Positions 1 through 8,484 of a stretch of 32,000 bases of DNA are shown here, one piece after another. A program made the translations under genes and the position numbers. How positions within the stretch are numbered: position 1 is the stretch's first letter; each line of letters starts with the position of its first letter. The stretch is from Geotalea daltonii FRC-32. GTDB lineage: Bacteria > Desulfobacterota > Desulfuromonadia > Geobacterales > Geobacteraceae. The notes under the pieces were generated by a model. That model searched no databases, had not been told where the DNA came from, and saw only the letters and a list, made by a program, of their open reading frames with translations. Location: NCBI RefSeq assembly GCF_000022265.1, contig NC_011979.1:1170001-1202000 (forward strand), written 5' to 3'.

Positions 1-930
1 ATTGCGGCCGTCATCACCATCTCCTTCCCGTCGGAAGTCCTGGCCGGCAGCCTGGGCTGGCCTGTCGCCTGTATTCCCGGCGAAAACTGCAAGGGGAGCA
101 CGTTTTATATAGGCTATCCGGATATCGACCGCAGCGGCAAGGCCTTTGATTGCGGTAACCCAGGCTACACCGGCCATACCGGGACCGATATAACCGTTTC
201 GTCGGTGAAGGACGGAATTCCGGTCCGGGCTGCTGCCGATGGCGAAGTGTTGCTGGTCTCCGGGGGGAAGGTGGATCATTGCTCGGGTGACGGCGGAACT
301 GCGGGTGGCTGCCTGCAGGATATTGCTGCCACGGAAGACCCCGGCACCATTTGCCTCGGTGCGGATGGTTGCTTCTCATGGGGCTTCGACGCCGGCAATT
401 TCATACTCATTCGCCACGGCGAGCTTCCCCAGGCTCTCTTTACCCTTTATGCCCACCTGCGTCGCGGTTCCATAGCCGTTACCAACGGCAACTTGGTGAA
501 AAAGGGGGAGAAGATCGCCGAGGTGGGGAACTCCGGTGCTTCCCTGACCCCACACCTCCATTTTGGGGTCTTTGCCAGGCGTCTTTTCGGTAATGAGCTT
601 GTCGACCCGTGGCAGGGGAGTTGCAGCCCCGATCATCACCAGACGCTTTGGCAATACGACCCGCCGTACCGTGCCGATGTCTTTGTCATCAAGGCTGGTA
701 CCGGTGAAGGCATTATTACCTGTGATAGCGGCGGAATCTCCTGCCCCACATCCTCCCCGGCCAGTTTCATCCCCGGTACATTCGTAACATTCAAGGCTGT
801 TCCCTATTACGGCTCGCAATTTATCGGCTGGCAGGAGGGCTGTTCCGGCAATGCCAAAAGTTGCACAATTACGGTTGAAGGCTCTATAGCTGTAAAAGCC
901 CTTTTTGCGAGGGGGGAGCGGCGCCCATGA
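1..930 (+). CDS. M23-family zinc metallopeptidase, 5' end outside the window; C-terminal Cys-containing beta-repeat (InlB B-repeat-like) domain
   Basis: Frame 1 is open from base 1; the listed ORF start at 205 is an internal GTG. Both M23 signatures are present: HxxxD (YTGHTGTD, nt 166-189) and HxH (TPHLHFGV, nt 547-570). Stop TGA at 928-930. Confidence 0.8.
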   Translation: MAAVITISFPSEVLAGSLGWPVACIPGENCKGSTFYIGYPDIDRSGKAFDCGNPGYTGHTGTDITVSSVKDGIPVRAAADGEVLLVSGGKVDHCSGDGGTAGGCLQDIAATEDPGTICLGADGCFSWGFDAGNFILIRHGELPQALFTLYAHLRRGSIAVTNGNLVKKGEKIAEVGNSGASLTPHLHFGVFARRLFGNELVDPWQGSCSPDHHQTLWQYDPPYRADVFVIKAGTGEGIITCDSGGISCPTSSPASFIPGTFVTFKAVPYYGSQFIGWQEGCSGNAKSCTITVEGSIAVKALFARGERRP

Positions 931-972
931 TGGCTGCCGGTTGTAGTGAAGCTCTTGCTGCCTCATTTTGTG

Positions 973-1023
973 TTGACAAATGACCCCGCCGGACAGAAAA
1001 TCTGCATTTTCTGCCCGGCGGGG
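973..1023 (+). promoter_or_regulatory. Putative sigma70 promoter (TTGACA-N17-GAAAAT) overlapped by a 40-nt near-perfect palindrome (candidate operator or 5' hairpin) upstream of iorA
   Basis: TTGACA at 973-978, a 17-nt spacer, GAAAAT at 996-1001. Arms 984-1001 (ccccgccggacagaaaat) and 1006-1023 (attttctgcccggcgggg) are reverse complements with one mismatch; the loop is ctgc. The right arm ends 6 nt before ATG 1030. Confidence 0.45.
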
Positions 1024-1029
1024 CATAAG

Positions 1030-2850
1030 ATGGAGGGATTTTTGAGTAATGATAATCGCAGATTGATGCAGGGCAATGAAGCGATTGCCCGTGCTCTTGT
1101 TGAGAACGGATGTGCCATGGCCACGTCCTATCCGGGAACGCCCGCATCGGAAATTCTCTCCGGGGTGATGGCATGGCAGAAGGCCGAAGGCTTGGCCATG
1201 CATGTGGAATGGGCGATCAATGAAAAGGTGGCCCTGGAAATAGCCTATGCCGGCAGCCAGTCCGGCCTGAGAACAGCCGTTGCCATGAAGCAGGTGGGGC
1301 TTAACGTTGCCTCCGATCCCTTCATGAGCGCCGCCTACCTGGGGGTAGTCGGAGGCTTCATCGTCATCAGCGCCGACGATCCGGGTCCCCATTCGTCCCA
1401 GACGGAACAGGACAGCCGCCTTTTGGCCATGCTGGCCAAGGTTCCGGTGCTGGACCCGGATTCACCGGCTCAGGGCCAGGAGCTGGTAGCCCTGGGTTAT
1501 GAGCTTTCCGAAGCGTTCCAGGTGCCGGTCATGCTCAGGCCGACGACCCGGGTTTGCCACGCCTGCCAGGACATTCAGCCTGCTCCGGTGATGAAGCTGG
1601 AACGCCGGGCCGATTTCAGGAAAGAACCCTCACGATGGGCGGCCACACCAAACTTCCGCTACCGGCTCCACCTTGAACTGAACGACAAGCTGGCCCGCAT
1701 TGCTGCCCATGGGCCGACTGCTCCCCGCCGCCTCAATCCCCATATACGATCAAAGAAGGCTATAGTGGCGTCTGGGGCTGCTGCCGGACATGCCAAAGAG
1801 CTCATGACCAACCTTGGGCTTCTGGATGAAATTGCCTTTTTCCAGGTGCTCCAGCCCTATCCGCTTCATATCCGGTTCATCGAAGAGGTTCTGCGGGAAT
1901 ACGATGAGATCATGGTGCTGGAAGAGACCACCGGTGTCATCGAAATGCAGCTCCGTGACCGTGCAAAGGTGCGGGGCAAGCTGTCCGGAGTCGTCCCCGA
2001 GGCGGGAGAGCTTCTTCCGGAGTTGATAGAAAAGATCATTGCAGATTTTGCCGGCGTTACCGTTCCCCCGGTGCCCAAGGCTCCGGCAGGTGGCGGCCGG
2101 CGGCCAACGCTGTGTCCCGGTTGCCCGCACCGGGCCAGCTTCTATGCCATTAAAAAGGCTGCTCCCAAAGGGATCTATCCGAGTGATATCGGCTGCTACA
2201 CCCTGGGGGCCAACCTGGGTGGTGTGGATACGGTACTGTGCATGGGGGCGGCGGTGAGCCAGGCGGCAGGATTCCATCATGCCTACCGTATTTCGGGAGA
2301 AGAGCGGGATGTGGTTGCGACCATCGGCGATTCCACCTTTTTCCATGCCGGGATACCCCCGCTGATCGATGCGGTGAGTCAGAACGCGCGTTTCGTCCTG
2401 GTAATCCTGGACAACTCCACCACCGCCATGACCGGCAATCAGCCGACACCGGCCATGCCCCTTGCCGGTGGCGTTCCGGTTGAGATCAGCTCCGTGGTCG
2501 AGGGCTGCGGGGTGCGTTTCTGCAGGACCGGCGATCCCCTTGATCTCCCCGGCTTTACCAAACTGGTGAAAGAGGCGGTGGACTTTGCCAGAAAAGAGAG
2601 CGTGGCGGTGGTCATTGCCAAAAGCCCTTGCCTGGTGGACAAAAATCGGCCGAAACAGCAGCGCAGCCAGGTGGAGGTGGAGGCAACCTGCACCGGTTGC
2701 CGGGTCTGCACCAGTCAGTTCGAGTGCCCGGCACTGATCTATGACGAGGCGACGAAAAAGGTAAGGGTCGACCTGCTCATCTGCAGCGGTTGTGCCGTCT
2801 GTCTTGACGTGTGTCCCTCCCGCTCGATCACCAGGGAGGAGAAGCCATGA
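1030..2850 (+). CDS. iorA: Indolepyruvate:ferredoxin oxidoreductase alpha subunit
   Basis: N-terminus LMQGNEAIARALVENGCAMATSYPGTPASEIL. TPP-binding GDSTFFHAG. Two C-terminal ferredoxin-type Cys clusters (CTGCRVCTSQFECP, CSGCAVCLDVCP). The listed start at 946 lies in the promoter/palindrome; ATG 1030 is the first ATG after it (alternative ATG 1066). Confidence 0.9.
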   Translation: MEGFLSNDNRRLMQGNEAIARALVENGCAMATSYPGTPASEILSGVMAWQKAEGLAMHVEWAINEKVALEIAYAGSQSGLRTAVAMKQVGLNVASDPFMSAAYLGVVGGFIVISADDPGPHSSQTEQDSRLLAMLAKVPVLDPDSPAQGQELVALGYELSEAFQVPVMLRPTTRVCHACQDIQPAPVMKLERRADFRKEPSRWAATPNFRYRLHLELNDKLARIAAHGPTAPRRLNPHIRSKKAIVASGAAAGHAKELMTNLGLLDEIAFFQVLQPYPLHIRFIEEVLREYDEIMVLEETTGVIEMQLRDRAKVRGKLSGVVPEAGELLPELIEKIIADFAGVTVPPVPKAPAGGGRRPTLCPGCPHRASFYAIKKAAPKGIYPSDIGCYTLGANLGGVDTVLCMGAAVSQAAGFHHAYRISGEERDVVATIGDSTFFHAGIPPLIDAVSQNARFVLVILDNSTTAMTGNQPTPAMPLAGGVPVEISSVVEGCGVRFCRTGDPLDLPGFTKLVKEAVDFARKESVAVVIAKSPCLVDKNRPKQQRSQVEVEATCTGCRVCTSQFECPALIYDEATKKVRVDLLICSGCAVCLDVCPSRSITREEKP

Positions 2851-3392
2851 ACCAACAATTAATCATTTCCGGAGTCGGCGGCCAGGGCATCCTCTTCATT
2901 ACCCGGCTTCTGGCAGAGACGGCCATCCATAAGGGGCTGCCGGTGCTCACCTCCGAAACGCACGGCATGGCCCAGCGGGGCGGCATCGTCATTTCCCACC
3001 TGAAGGTTGGCGACTTTTCCAGTCCCCTGGTCAGGCCTGGGCAGGCTGATGGCCTGCTCGCCCTAAAAGCTGAAACGGTAGCGCTGCACCGCCATTTTCT
3101 CAATAACGGCGGCTGGATTGTTGCCAATGCAACCTCACTTGCCGTGGTGGAAACGGAGCATCCCCTTGCCACCATGGATGCGGATACTGTCGCCCTTGCC
3201 ATGGGCAATCCACAGTCGATAAACCTGATTGTCCTCGGCCGGGCTCTGGCTGAACCTGACCGGTTGTTCTGCACCTCAGCCGAAGTGGAGAGGACCATTC
3301 AGCAAAAACTTTCGGGAAAGAAGAAACAGCTGGACGGGGCAATTGCTGCTTTTCGCGCCGGGATTGAAGGCTGTCAAGGAAGGAGTAACTGA
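2847..3392 (+). CDS. iorB: Indolepyruvate:ferredoxin oxidoreductase beta subunit
   Basis: ATG 2847 overlaps the iorA stop (ATGA at 2847-2850). MNQQLIISGVGGQGILF... is typical of the 2-oxoacid:ferredoxin oxidoreductase gamma-type domain. Its position directly after iorA fits. Confidence 0.9.
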   Translation: MNQQLIISGVGGQGILFITRLLAETAIHKGLPVLTSETHGMAQRGGIVISHLKVGDFSSPLVRPGQADGLLALKAETVALHRHFLNNGGWIVANATSLAVVETEHPLATMDADTVALAMGNPQSINLIVLGRALAEPDRLFCTSAEVERTIQQKLSGKKKQLDGAIAAFRAGIEGCQGRSN

Positions 3393-3395
3393 CAG

Positions 3396-4691
3396 ATGTT
3401 GAGACGTTTTCCCGCCAAATTTGCCACTCCGGCGGAACTATCCCGCCTCCAGCTCTCGGGGCTGCAATGGACCGTCCGCCATGCCTGGGATAACTCCCCA
3501 TTCTATCGTCAAAGCCTGGAATCGGCGGGGGTACGACCTGAAGACATAAAGTCCCTGGATGACCTGCGCCGTCTTCCCTTTACCACCGCCCAGGACCTTG
3601 CCGCTGGCTATCCCTTTGCCTTGAGAGCTGCACCTTTTGAGGATATCGTCCGCATCCATGCTTCATCGGGCACCACCGGCAAGCGGAAGGTTCTCTGTTA
3701 CACACAGAAGGACCTGGATGACTGGCAGGCGATGTTTGCCCGCTGCTACGAACTGGCCGGACTGACCAGGGAAGACCGGGTGCAGATCGCCGTCGGGTAT
3801 GGCCTGTGGACCGCCGGCATCGGTTTTCAGCTGGCCTGCGAAAAATTCGGTGCCATGTGCATCCCGGTCGGCCCTGGCAATCTGGACATTCAGATCGGCT
3901 TTCTCCAGGACCTCCAGTCGACGGTTTTCTGCTGTACCGCTTCCATGGGTCTGCTCTTGGCCGAAGAGGTGAACCGGCTCGGCCTCAAGGATAGCCTGAA
4001 CCTGAAAAAGATCATCATGGGGGCGGAGCGGAGTTCCAGTGCCATGCTGAAAACCATGCACGAGTTTCTCGGCGTCGAGGAAATATACGACATTACCGGC
4101 CTGACCGAGCTCTATGGCCCCGGTACCGGGCTGTCCTGCCGCTTTGATAACGGCATCCATTACTGGGCCGATTACTATATCCTGGAAGTGCTGAACCCGG
4201 AGACCATGGAACCGGTCGCCCCGGGCGAAGTGGGGGAGATGGTCTTCACTACCCTGGGCAAGGAAGGGGCGCCGCTGATCCGCTACAGGTCCCGTGACCT
4301 GACCCGGCTCCTGGAGGGTGATTGCCCCTGCGGGTGCACGCTTCCCCGTCACGACCGGATCCTTGGCCGCTCCGACGACGTGGTTATTTTCCGCGGCGTC
4401 AACATTTATCCGGGTCAGCTGGATGAGGTGCTGACCCGCGTTCCGGGCATCGGCAGCGAATACCAGATCATCCTCGACCATGGGGAGGACGGCAGGGATT
4501 ACATGCTGGCGCGGGTCGAACGTGCCCGCAACGGGGAATCTGTTTCCGACAGCCAGGTCATGAAAAGCATCGTTTCCGGCATCAAGCATACCCTGCTTGT
4601 CTCCTGCAGTGTTGAGCTGGTGGATCATGGGACACTGCCCCGCTCGGAGAAAAAGACCAAGCGGATTTTCGACAAGCGCCGCTTTGAATAG
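3396..4691 (+). CDS. paaK: Phenylacetate-CoA ligase family (aryl-acetate CoA ligase)
   Basis: AMP-forming ligase P-loop SSGTTGKRKV. Length of 431 aa and PaaK-type N-terminus (LSRLQLSGLQWTVRHAWDNSPFYR). SD AAGGAGT lies upstream of ATG 3396, 3 nt after the iorB stop. Confidence 0.85.
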   Translation: MLRRFPAKFATPAELSRLQLSGLQWTVRHAWDNSPFYRQSLESAGVRPEDIKSLDDLRRLPFTTAQDLAAGYPFALRAAPFEDIVRIHASSGTTGKRKVLCYTQKDLDDWQAMFARCYELAGLTREDRVQIAVGYGLWTAGIGFQLACEKFGAMCIPVGPGNLDIQIGFLQDLQSTVFCCTASMGLLLAEEVNRLGLKDSLNLKKIIMGAERSSSAMLKTMHEFLGVEEIYDITGLTELYGPGTGLSCRFDNGIHYWADYYILEVLNPETMEPVAPGEVGEMVFTTLGKEGAPLIRYRSRDLTRLLEGDCPCGCTLPRHDRILGRSDDVVIFRGVNIYPGQLDEVLTRVPGIGSEYQIILDHGEDGRDYMLARVERARNGESVSDSQVMKSIVSGIKHTLLVSCSVELVDHGTLPRSEKKTKRIFDKRRFE

Positions 4692-4721
4692 CTGTTTTTT
4701 ATACGATTGAAGGGGGAAATC

Positions 4722-5735
4722 ATGAAACTTCGTCTTGCACTGGCTATATCGTTTCTGCTTGTTACCGCCGGCATTGCCAATGCCGCCGTCACCCTTAACT
4801 ACGCCAACTTCCCGCCGGCAGCCACCTTCCCCAGCATACAGATGGAGCGCTGGGCCAAGGAGGTGGAAAAACGGACCGGCGGCAAGGTCAAGATCAAGAC
4901 CTTCCCCGGCGGCACCCTTCTGGGGGCAAAGAACATGCTGGAAGGGGTCACCTCCGGCACTGCCGATATGGGCAACTTTGCCATGAGCTATCAGCCGGGT
5001 CGATTCCCGGTTTCCGAAGCTCTAGACCTCTATCACGGTTTCACCTCCGCCAAGGTGGCAAGCCAGGTGCTCTTCGACCTGGTGCAGAAATACCAGCCCA
5101 GGGAATTCGCAAAGGTCAAGGTCATCACCCTCTTCACCTGCCCGCCAACCAACTTCATGACCAGCAAACCTGTCAGATCCCTGAAGGACCTGAAGGGGAT
5201 GGAGCTGCGCGTAGCCGGGACCAGCTCCGAGGTATTGAAGAGACTGGGAGGGGTGCCGGTGGCCATGCCCCAGTCGGAAACCCCGGAGGCGATCCAGAAA
5301 GGGGTAGTCAAGGGGATGATCTCCTCCCTGGAAATACTCCAGGACTTCAAATTTGCCGCCTACACCCCCTATGCCACCATTGCCAATCTGCCGGTGGTCT
5401 CCTTTGCCGTAGTCATGAACAAAGCCAAGTGGGACAGCCTCCCTGTCGATGTGAAAAAGGTCATTGACGATCTTTCCCGGGAGCAGGCGCTGTGGACCGG
5501 GGAATATGTGGACCGGCACGTGCAGGAGGCCCTGGCCTGGTCGGCAAAGGAATACAAGCATCAGGTAATCCAGCTGCCTGCCCCGGAACAGAAGCAGATT
5601 GCCGCACTCCTGGCCCCCATGACCGAAGCATACATCAAGAAGGTAAGCGCCCAAGGGCTGAACGGCAGGCAGATCATAGCAGACGTCCAGGCGTTGAAGG
5701 CCAAGTATGAGAAACAAGGCAGGAAGAAAAAGTAA
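4722..5735 (+). CDS. TRAP transporter substrate-binding protein (DctP family)
   Basis: SD GAAGGGGG then ATG 4722. Signal peptide MKLRLALAISFLLVTAGIANA. DctP-like body (NYANFPP...WAKEVEKRTGGKVKIKTFPGGTLLGAKNMLEGVTSGTADMG). The listed TTG start at 4707 is rejected. Confidence 0.85.
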   Translation: MKLRLALAISFLLVTAGIANAAVTLNYANFPPAATFPSIQMERWAKEVEKRTGGKVKIKTFPGGTLLGAKNMLEGVTSGTADMGNFAMSYQPGRFPVSEALDLYHGFTSAKVASQVLFDLVQKYQPREFAKVKVITLFTCPPTNFMTSKPVRSLKDLKGMELRVAGTSSEVLKRLGGVPVAMPQSETPEAIQKGVVKGMISSLEILQDFKFAAYTPYATIANLPVVSFAVVMNKAKWDSLPVDVKKVIDDLSREQALWTGEYVDRHVQEALAWSAKEYKHQVIQLPAPEQKQIAALLAPMTEAYIKKVSAQGLNGRQIIADVQALKAKYEKQGRKKK

Positions 5736-5765
5736 GAGTTTATATACGTACGTCCTGGTAACTCC

Positions 5766-5791
5766 GAACCTAGAACCTAGAACCTAGAACC
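5766..5791. repeat. Tandem heptamer (GAACCTA) x3.7 in the spacer between the TRAP SBP and small-permease genes
   Basis: ccGAACCTAGAACCTAGAACCTAGAACCcc read directly, giving three tandem CTAG tetranucleotides. An ACGTACGT palindrome lies at 5746-5753. Confidence 0.9.
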
Positions 5792-5804
5792 CCCAAAGGG
5801 CCCC

Positions 5805-6287
5805 ATGGATCAATTCGTCAGCTACATATCCCGCTTTTTCATGATTGTCGGCGGCTTCGCGCTGCTCCTGCTGGTGCTGCTGGCCACCGGCAACGTCGGC
5901 ATGCGCCTGTTTCACGTCCCCTATGCCGGGACCTACGAAATCGTCTCCTTTCTGGGCGCTTTGGTCACGGCAGGTGCCCTCGGCCACACCCAGCGGCGCC
6001 GGGACCATATCATGGTCGATATACTCACCGAGAAGTTTTCCCCGCTGGTCAGGCGGCTGCTGGATGCTGTCAGCGACGGGCTGGCAGCGGTGCTGTTCGC
6101 CATTGCTTCCTGGCAGGTTTATCGGTGGGCGGAAAACCTGAGGGGGACGGGCGAGCTGTCGGAGACCCTGCAGCTGAAATATTACCCCTTCGTCTACGGG
6201 GTGTCGGCTGGCTTCGCGCTTTTGGCCCTGGTCCTGTTCCTCCAAATGAGCCGAGCCATTTTACGAAAAGCGGAGGGAGAAGAATGA
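5805..6287 (+). CDS. TRAP transporter small permease (DctQ family)
   Basis: 160 aa with four hydrophobic segments. It sits between the DctP-like and DctM-like genes, and its stop overlaps the next start (ATGA at 6284-6287). Confidence 0.8.
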   Translation: MDQFVSYISRFFMIVGGFALLLLVLLATGNVGMRLFHVPYAGTYEIVSFLGALVTAGALGHTQRRRDHIMVDILTEKFSPLVRRLLDAVSDGLAAVLFAIASWQVYRWAENLRGTGELSETLQLKYYPFVYGVSAGFALLALVLFLQMSRAILRKAEGEE

Positions 6288-7588
6288 CCGGCCCGATGAT
6301 GGGAGTTACCGGCATTGCCGTCATGCTCCTCATGCTTTTTTTCCTGCGCATACCTGCGGCTTTTACCATGCTGCTGGTGGGTTTCTTCGGCTTTGCCGCG
6401 GCCACTTCCTTCGATGCCGCCTGCTCCATGCTGGGCAGCGAGCTATGGTCGACCTTTTCCAACTACGGTTTGACGGTAATCCCGCTCTTTATCCTGGTGG
6501 GTGAAATCGTCCACTATGCCGGCTACAATAACGGTCTCTATTTCGCCACCTACCGCTGGTTCGGCCATCACCGCGGCGGGTTGGCCATGACCACCATCAT
6601 GGCTTCCGCTGCCTTTTCCGCCATTAGCGGCTCCAATACCGCGACGGCAGCGACCATGAGCGCCGTAGCCATTCCGGCCATGAACGAATACAAGTATCAC
6701 CCGCTGCTCAATGCCGGTTCCGTTGCCGCCGGGGCGACCCTGGGCGTGCTCATTCCTCCCAGTATCGTCCTAGTCGTCTACGGGCTCTATACGGGCCAGT
6801 CCATCGGCAAGCTCTTCTTCGGCAACATCATCCCCAGCGCCATTCTTACCACCCTCATCCTGGCAACGGTGGTGGTGATCTGCCGGATTCATCCCGAGTG
6901 GGGTCCTGCCGGTCCTAAAAGCTCATGGAAAGAGCGGTTCGAGTCGCTGCCCGAGGCCATCGATATCCTGGTGCTGTTCGGCATCATCATGTATGCTCTC
7001 TTCACCGGGGTAGTGACCGCCACCGAAGCGGCCGCCGTCAGCTGTTTCCTTGCCCTGGTCATCTGCACCGTGCGCCGCAAGCTTACCTGGAAAAAGCTGG
7101 GTGGCGCCTTCGTCGATACCCTGCGCATCTCCTGCATGGTCTTTATGATTGTCGCCGGGGCGCTTATTTTTGCCAAATTTCTCACCGTCACCCGGCTGCC
7201 GGCCGAAACGGCCGAATGGATCGGCATGCTGGCCCTGCCCAAGTGGATGGTGCTCTGCACCATTCTTCTCTGCTACATCATCGGCGGCTGCATCATGGAT
7301 GCCCTGGCCTTTCTCCTGGTCTCGCTCCCCATCTTCTACCCGCTGGTCACCCAATTGGGTTACGACCCCATCTGGTTCGGCCAGGTGATTACCATCGTCA
7401 CCACCATGGGCTCCATCATGCCCCCCATCGGTATTTGCTGCTATGTGGTATCGGGCATGTCCGGCATCCCGCTGGGCACGGCCTTCCGCAGCGGGCTCTA
7501 TTACATGCCTTCCTATATCTTTTCCGTTTTCGTTCTCATGGTTTCTCCCTACTGGACGGTGCTGGTCCTCTCCGACTTGGTGAAATAG
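6284..7588 (+). CDS. TRAP transporter large permease (DctM family)
   Basis: ATG 6284 (MTGPMMGVTGIAVMLL...) overlaps the dctQ-like stop. About 434 aa, polytopic, with DctM-like segments (SAISGSNTATAATMSAVAIP, PPSIVLVVYG). The listed start at 6125 overlaps the upstream gene. Confidence 0.9.
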   Translation: MTGPMMGVTGIAVMLLMLFFLRIPAAFTMLLVGFFGFAAATSFDAACSMLGSELWSTFSNYGLTVIPLFILVGEIVHYAGYNNGLYFATYRWFGHHRGGLAMTTIMASAAFSAISGSNTATAATMSAVAIPAMNEYKYHPLLNAGSVAAGATLGVLIPPSIVLVVYGLYTGQSIGKLFFGNIIPSAILTTLILATVVVICRIHPEWGPAGPKSSWKERFESLPEAIDILVLFGIIMYALFTGVVTATEAAAVSCFLALVICTVRRKLTWKKLGGAFVDTLRISCMVFMIVAGALIFAKFLTVTRLPAETAEWIGMLALPKWMVLCTILLCYIIGGCIMDALAFLLVSLPIFYPLVTQLGYDPIWFGQVITIVTTMGSIMPPIGICCYVVSGMSGIPLGTAFRSGLYYMPSYIFSVFVLMVSPYWTVLVLSDLVK

Positions 7589-7594
7589 CTGTTG

Positions 7595-8290
7595 ATGTAC
7601 CTGATGCCCCCCTTGATACCTGCAGTTCTCATCCGCCGCTACCAGCGATTCCTCGCCGATTTCCAGCTGGAAAACGGCGAGATTGTCACTGCCCATTGCC
7701 CCAACTCAGGCAGCATGAAAGGGTGCGCCGTTCCCGGCAGCCCTGCCTTCATCTCCCGTTGCGACAAACCGGGCCGCAAGCTCTGCTACACCTGGGAGCA
7801 GGTGAAGGCCGATAACTGCTGGATCGGCATCAATACTTCCCTTCCCAACCGGCTGGTACATAATGCCATCGAAAGTAACGTCATCAAAGAGCTGCAGGGC
7901 TACCACTCCATTCGGCCCGAGGTGCGTTACGGCATCAACAGCCGCATCGATCTCCTGCTGAGCAGGGGTGACGAGCTTTGCTATGTGGAAGTGAAGAATG
8001 TGACCCTGATGGAGGATGGCCGGGCACTTTTCCCCGATGCGGCAACAGTGCGGGGGCAGAAACACCTGCGGGAGCTGATGGAGATGGTCAGGCTGGGGCA
8101 CCGGGCGGTGAACTTCTTCGTTGTCCAGCGCCCGGACTGCAGCTCCGTTTCTCCGGCCGATGCAATAGATCCGGAATACGGCCGGCTGTTGCGCCTGGCT
8201 GCAGCCAACGGCGTCGAGCTCCTTGCCTACCAGGCCCAGGTCAGCAGAGAAACCATTCATCTTACCCATCGTTTGCCCGTTATCCTCTGA
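7595..8290 (+). CDS. sfsA: Sugar fermentation stimulation protein A homologue (SfsA nuclease-fold DNA-binding protein)
   Basis: PPLIPAVLIRRYQRFLADFQLENGEIVTAHCPNSGSMKGC matches the conserved SfsA N-terminus. The start is ambiguous (ATG 7595 or 7604). Confidence 0.85.
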   Translation: MYLMPPLIPAVLIRRYQRFLADFQLENGEIVTAHCPNSGSMKGCAVPGSPAFISRCDKPGRKLCYTWEQVKADNCWIGINTSLPNRLVHNAIESNVIKELQGYHSIRPEVRYGINSRIDLLLSRGDELCYVEVKNVTLMEDGRALFPDAATVRGQKHLRELMEMVRLGHRAVNFFVVQRPDCSSVSPADAIDPEYGRLLRLAAANGVELLAYQAQVSRETIHLTHRLPVIL

Positions 8291-8412
8291 ATTAGCCATC
8301 GCCCTTCAGCAACCCTCCAACATTCTCCCCTTCAAGATTTTTCCTTAATGGTTTACCCCGCTGCTGGCGCTTCTTTATCTGGGAGAAAAGGGGTAAGCGG
8401 GTGTCGGGAAAT

Positions 8413-8441
8413 TTGACAATTATTAAATATAAATAATTATT
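8413..8441 (+). promoter_or_regulatory. AT-rich sigma70-type promoter with an embedded 7-bp inverted repeat, upstream of the di-haem gene
   Basis: TTGACA at 8413-8418 followed by 17-19 nt of pure A/T containing ATTATT/TATTAT -10 candidates. AATTATT-N7-AATAATT inverted repeat. SD AAGGGAGG precedes ATG 8485. Confidence 0.5.
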
Positions 8442-8484
8442 ATAGGGAACTCTTTGCAGTAAACACTCTAAAGGGAGGTAACCG

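Noticed and set aside
946-1029. Extended N-terminal starts offered by the ORF track (946 for iorA, 2811 iorB, 4707 SBP, 6125 DctM, 11395 M23, 23595 FKBP, 25809 secreted protein, 28181 DUF5684 with a CPRCC peptide).
   Set aside because: These start at non-ATG codons or without an SD, and they overlap upstream genes, promoters or the riboswitch terminator. Internal ATGs have good SDs and begin at signal peptides or conserved family N-termini.
376-1392. Long antisense or shadow ORFs in the six-frame track. Examples: 376..1392(-), 3663..4628(-), 5022..5717(-), 6923..7696(-), 6925..7815(+), 11935..12612(-), 13727..14572(+), 18773..19615(-), 19015..19734(+), 25057..25755(-), 27022..27783(-).
   Set aside because: Each lies opposite or out of frame within a gene with strong motif support. 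Several cross gene boundaries or promoters. Their translations are Arg/Pro/Gly/His-rich, typical of non-coding frames in high-GC DNA, and none has a recognisable domain or SD.
8393-8403. Shared 11-mer GGGTAAGCGGG in two spacers (8393-8403 and 18804-18814) as a possible motif.
   Set aside because: Exact 11-mer repeats are expected many times by chance in 32 kb. There is no palindromic structure or common context.
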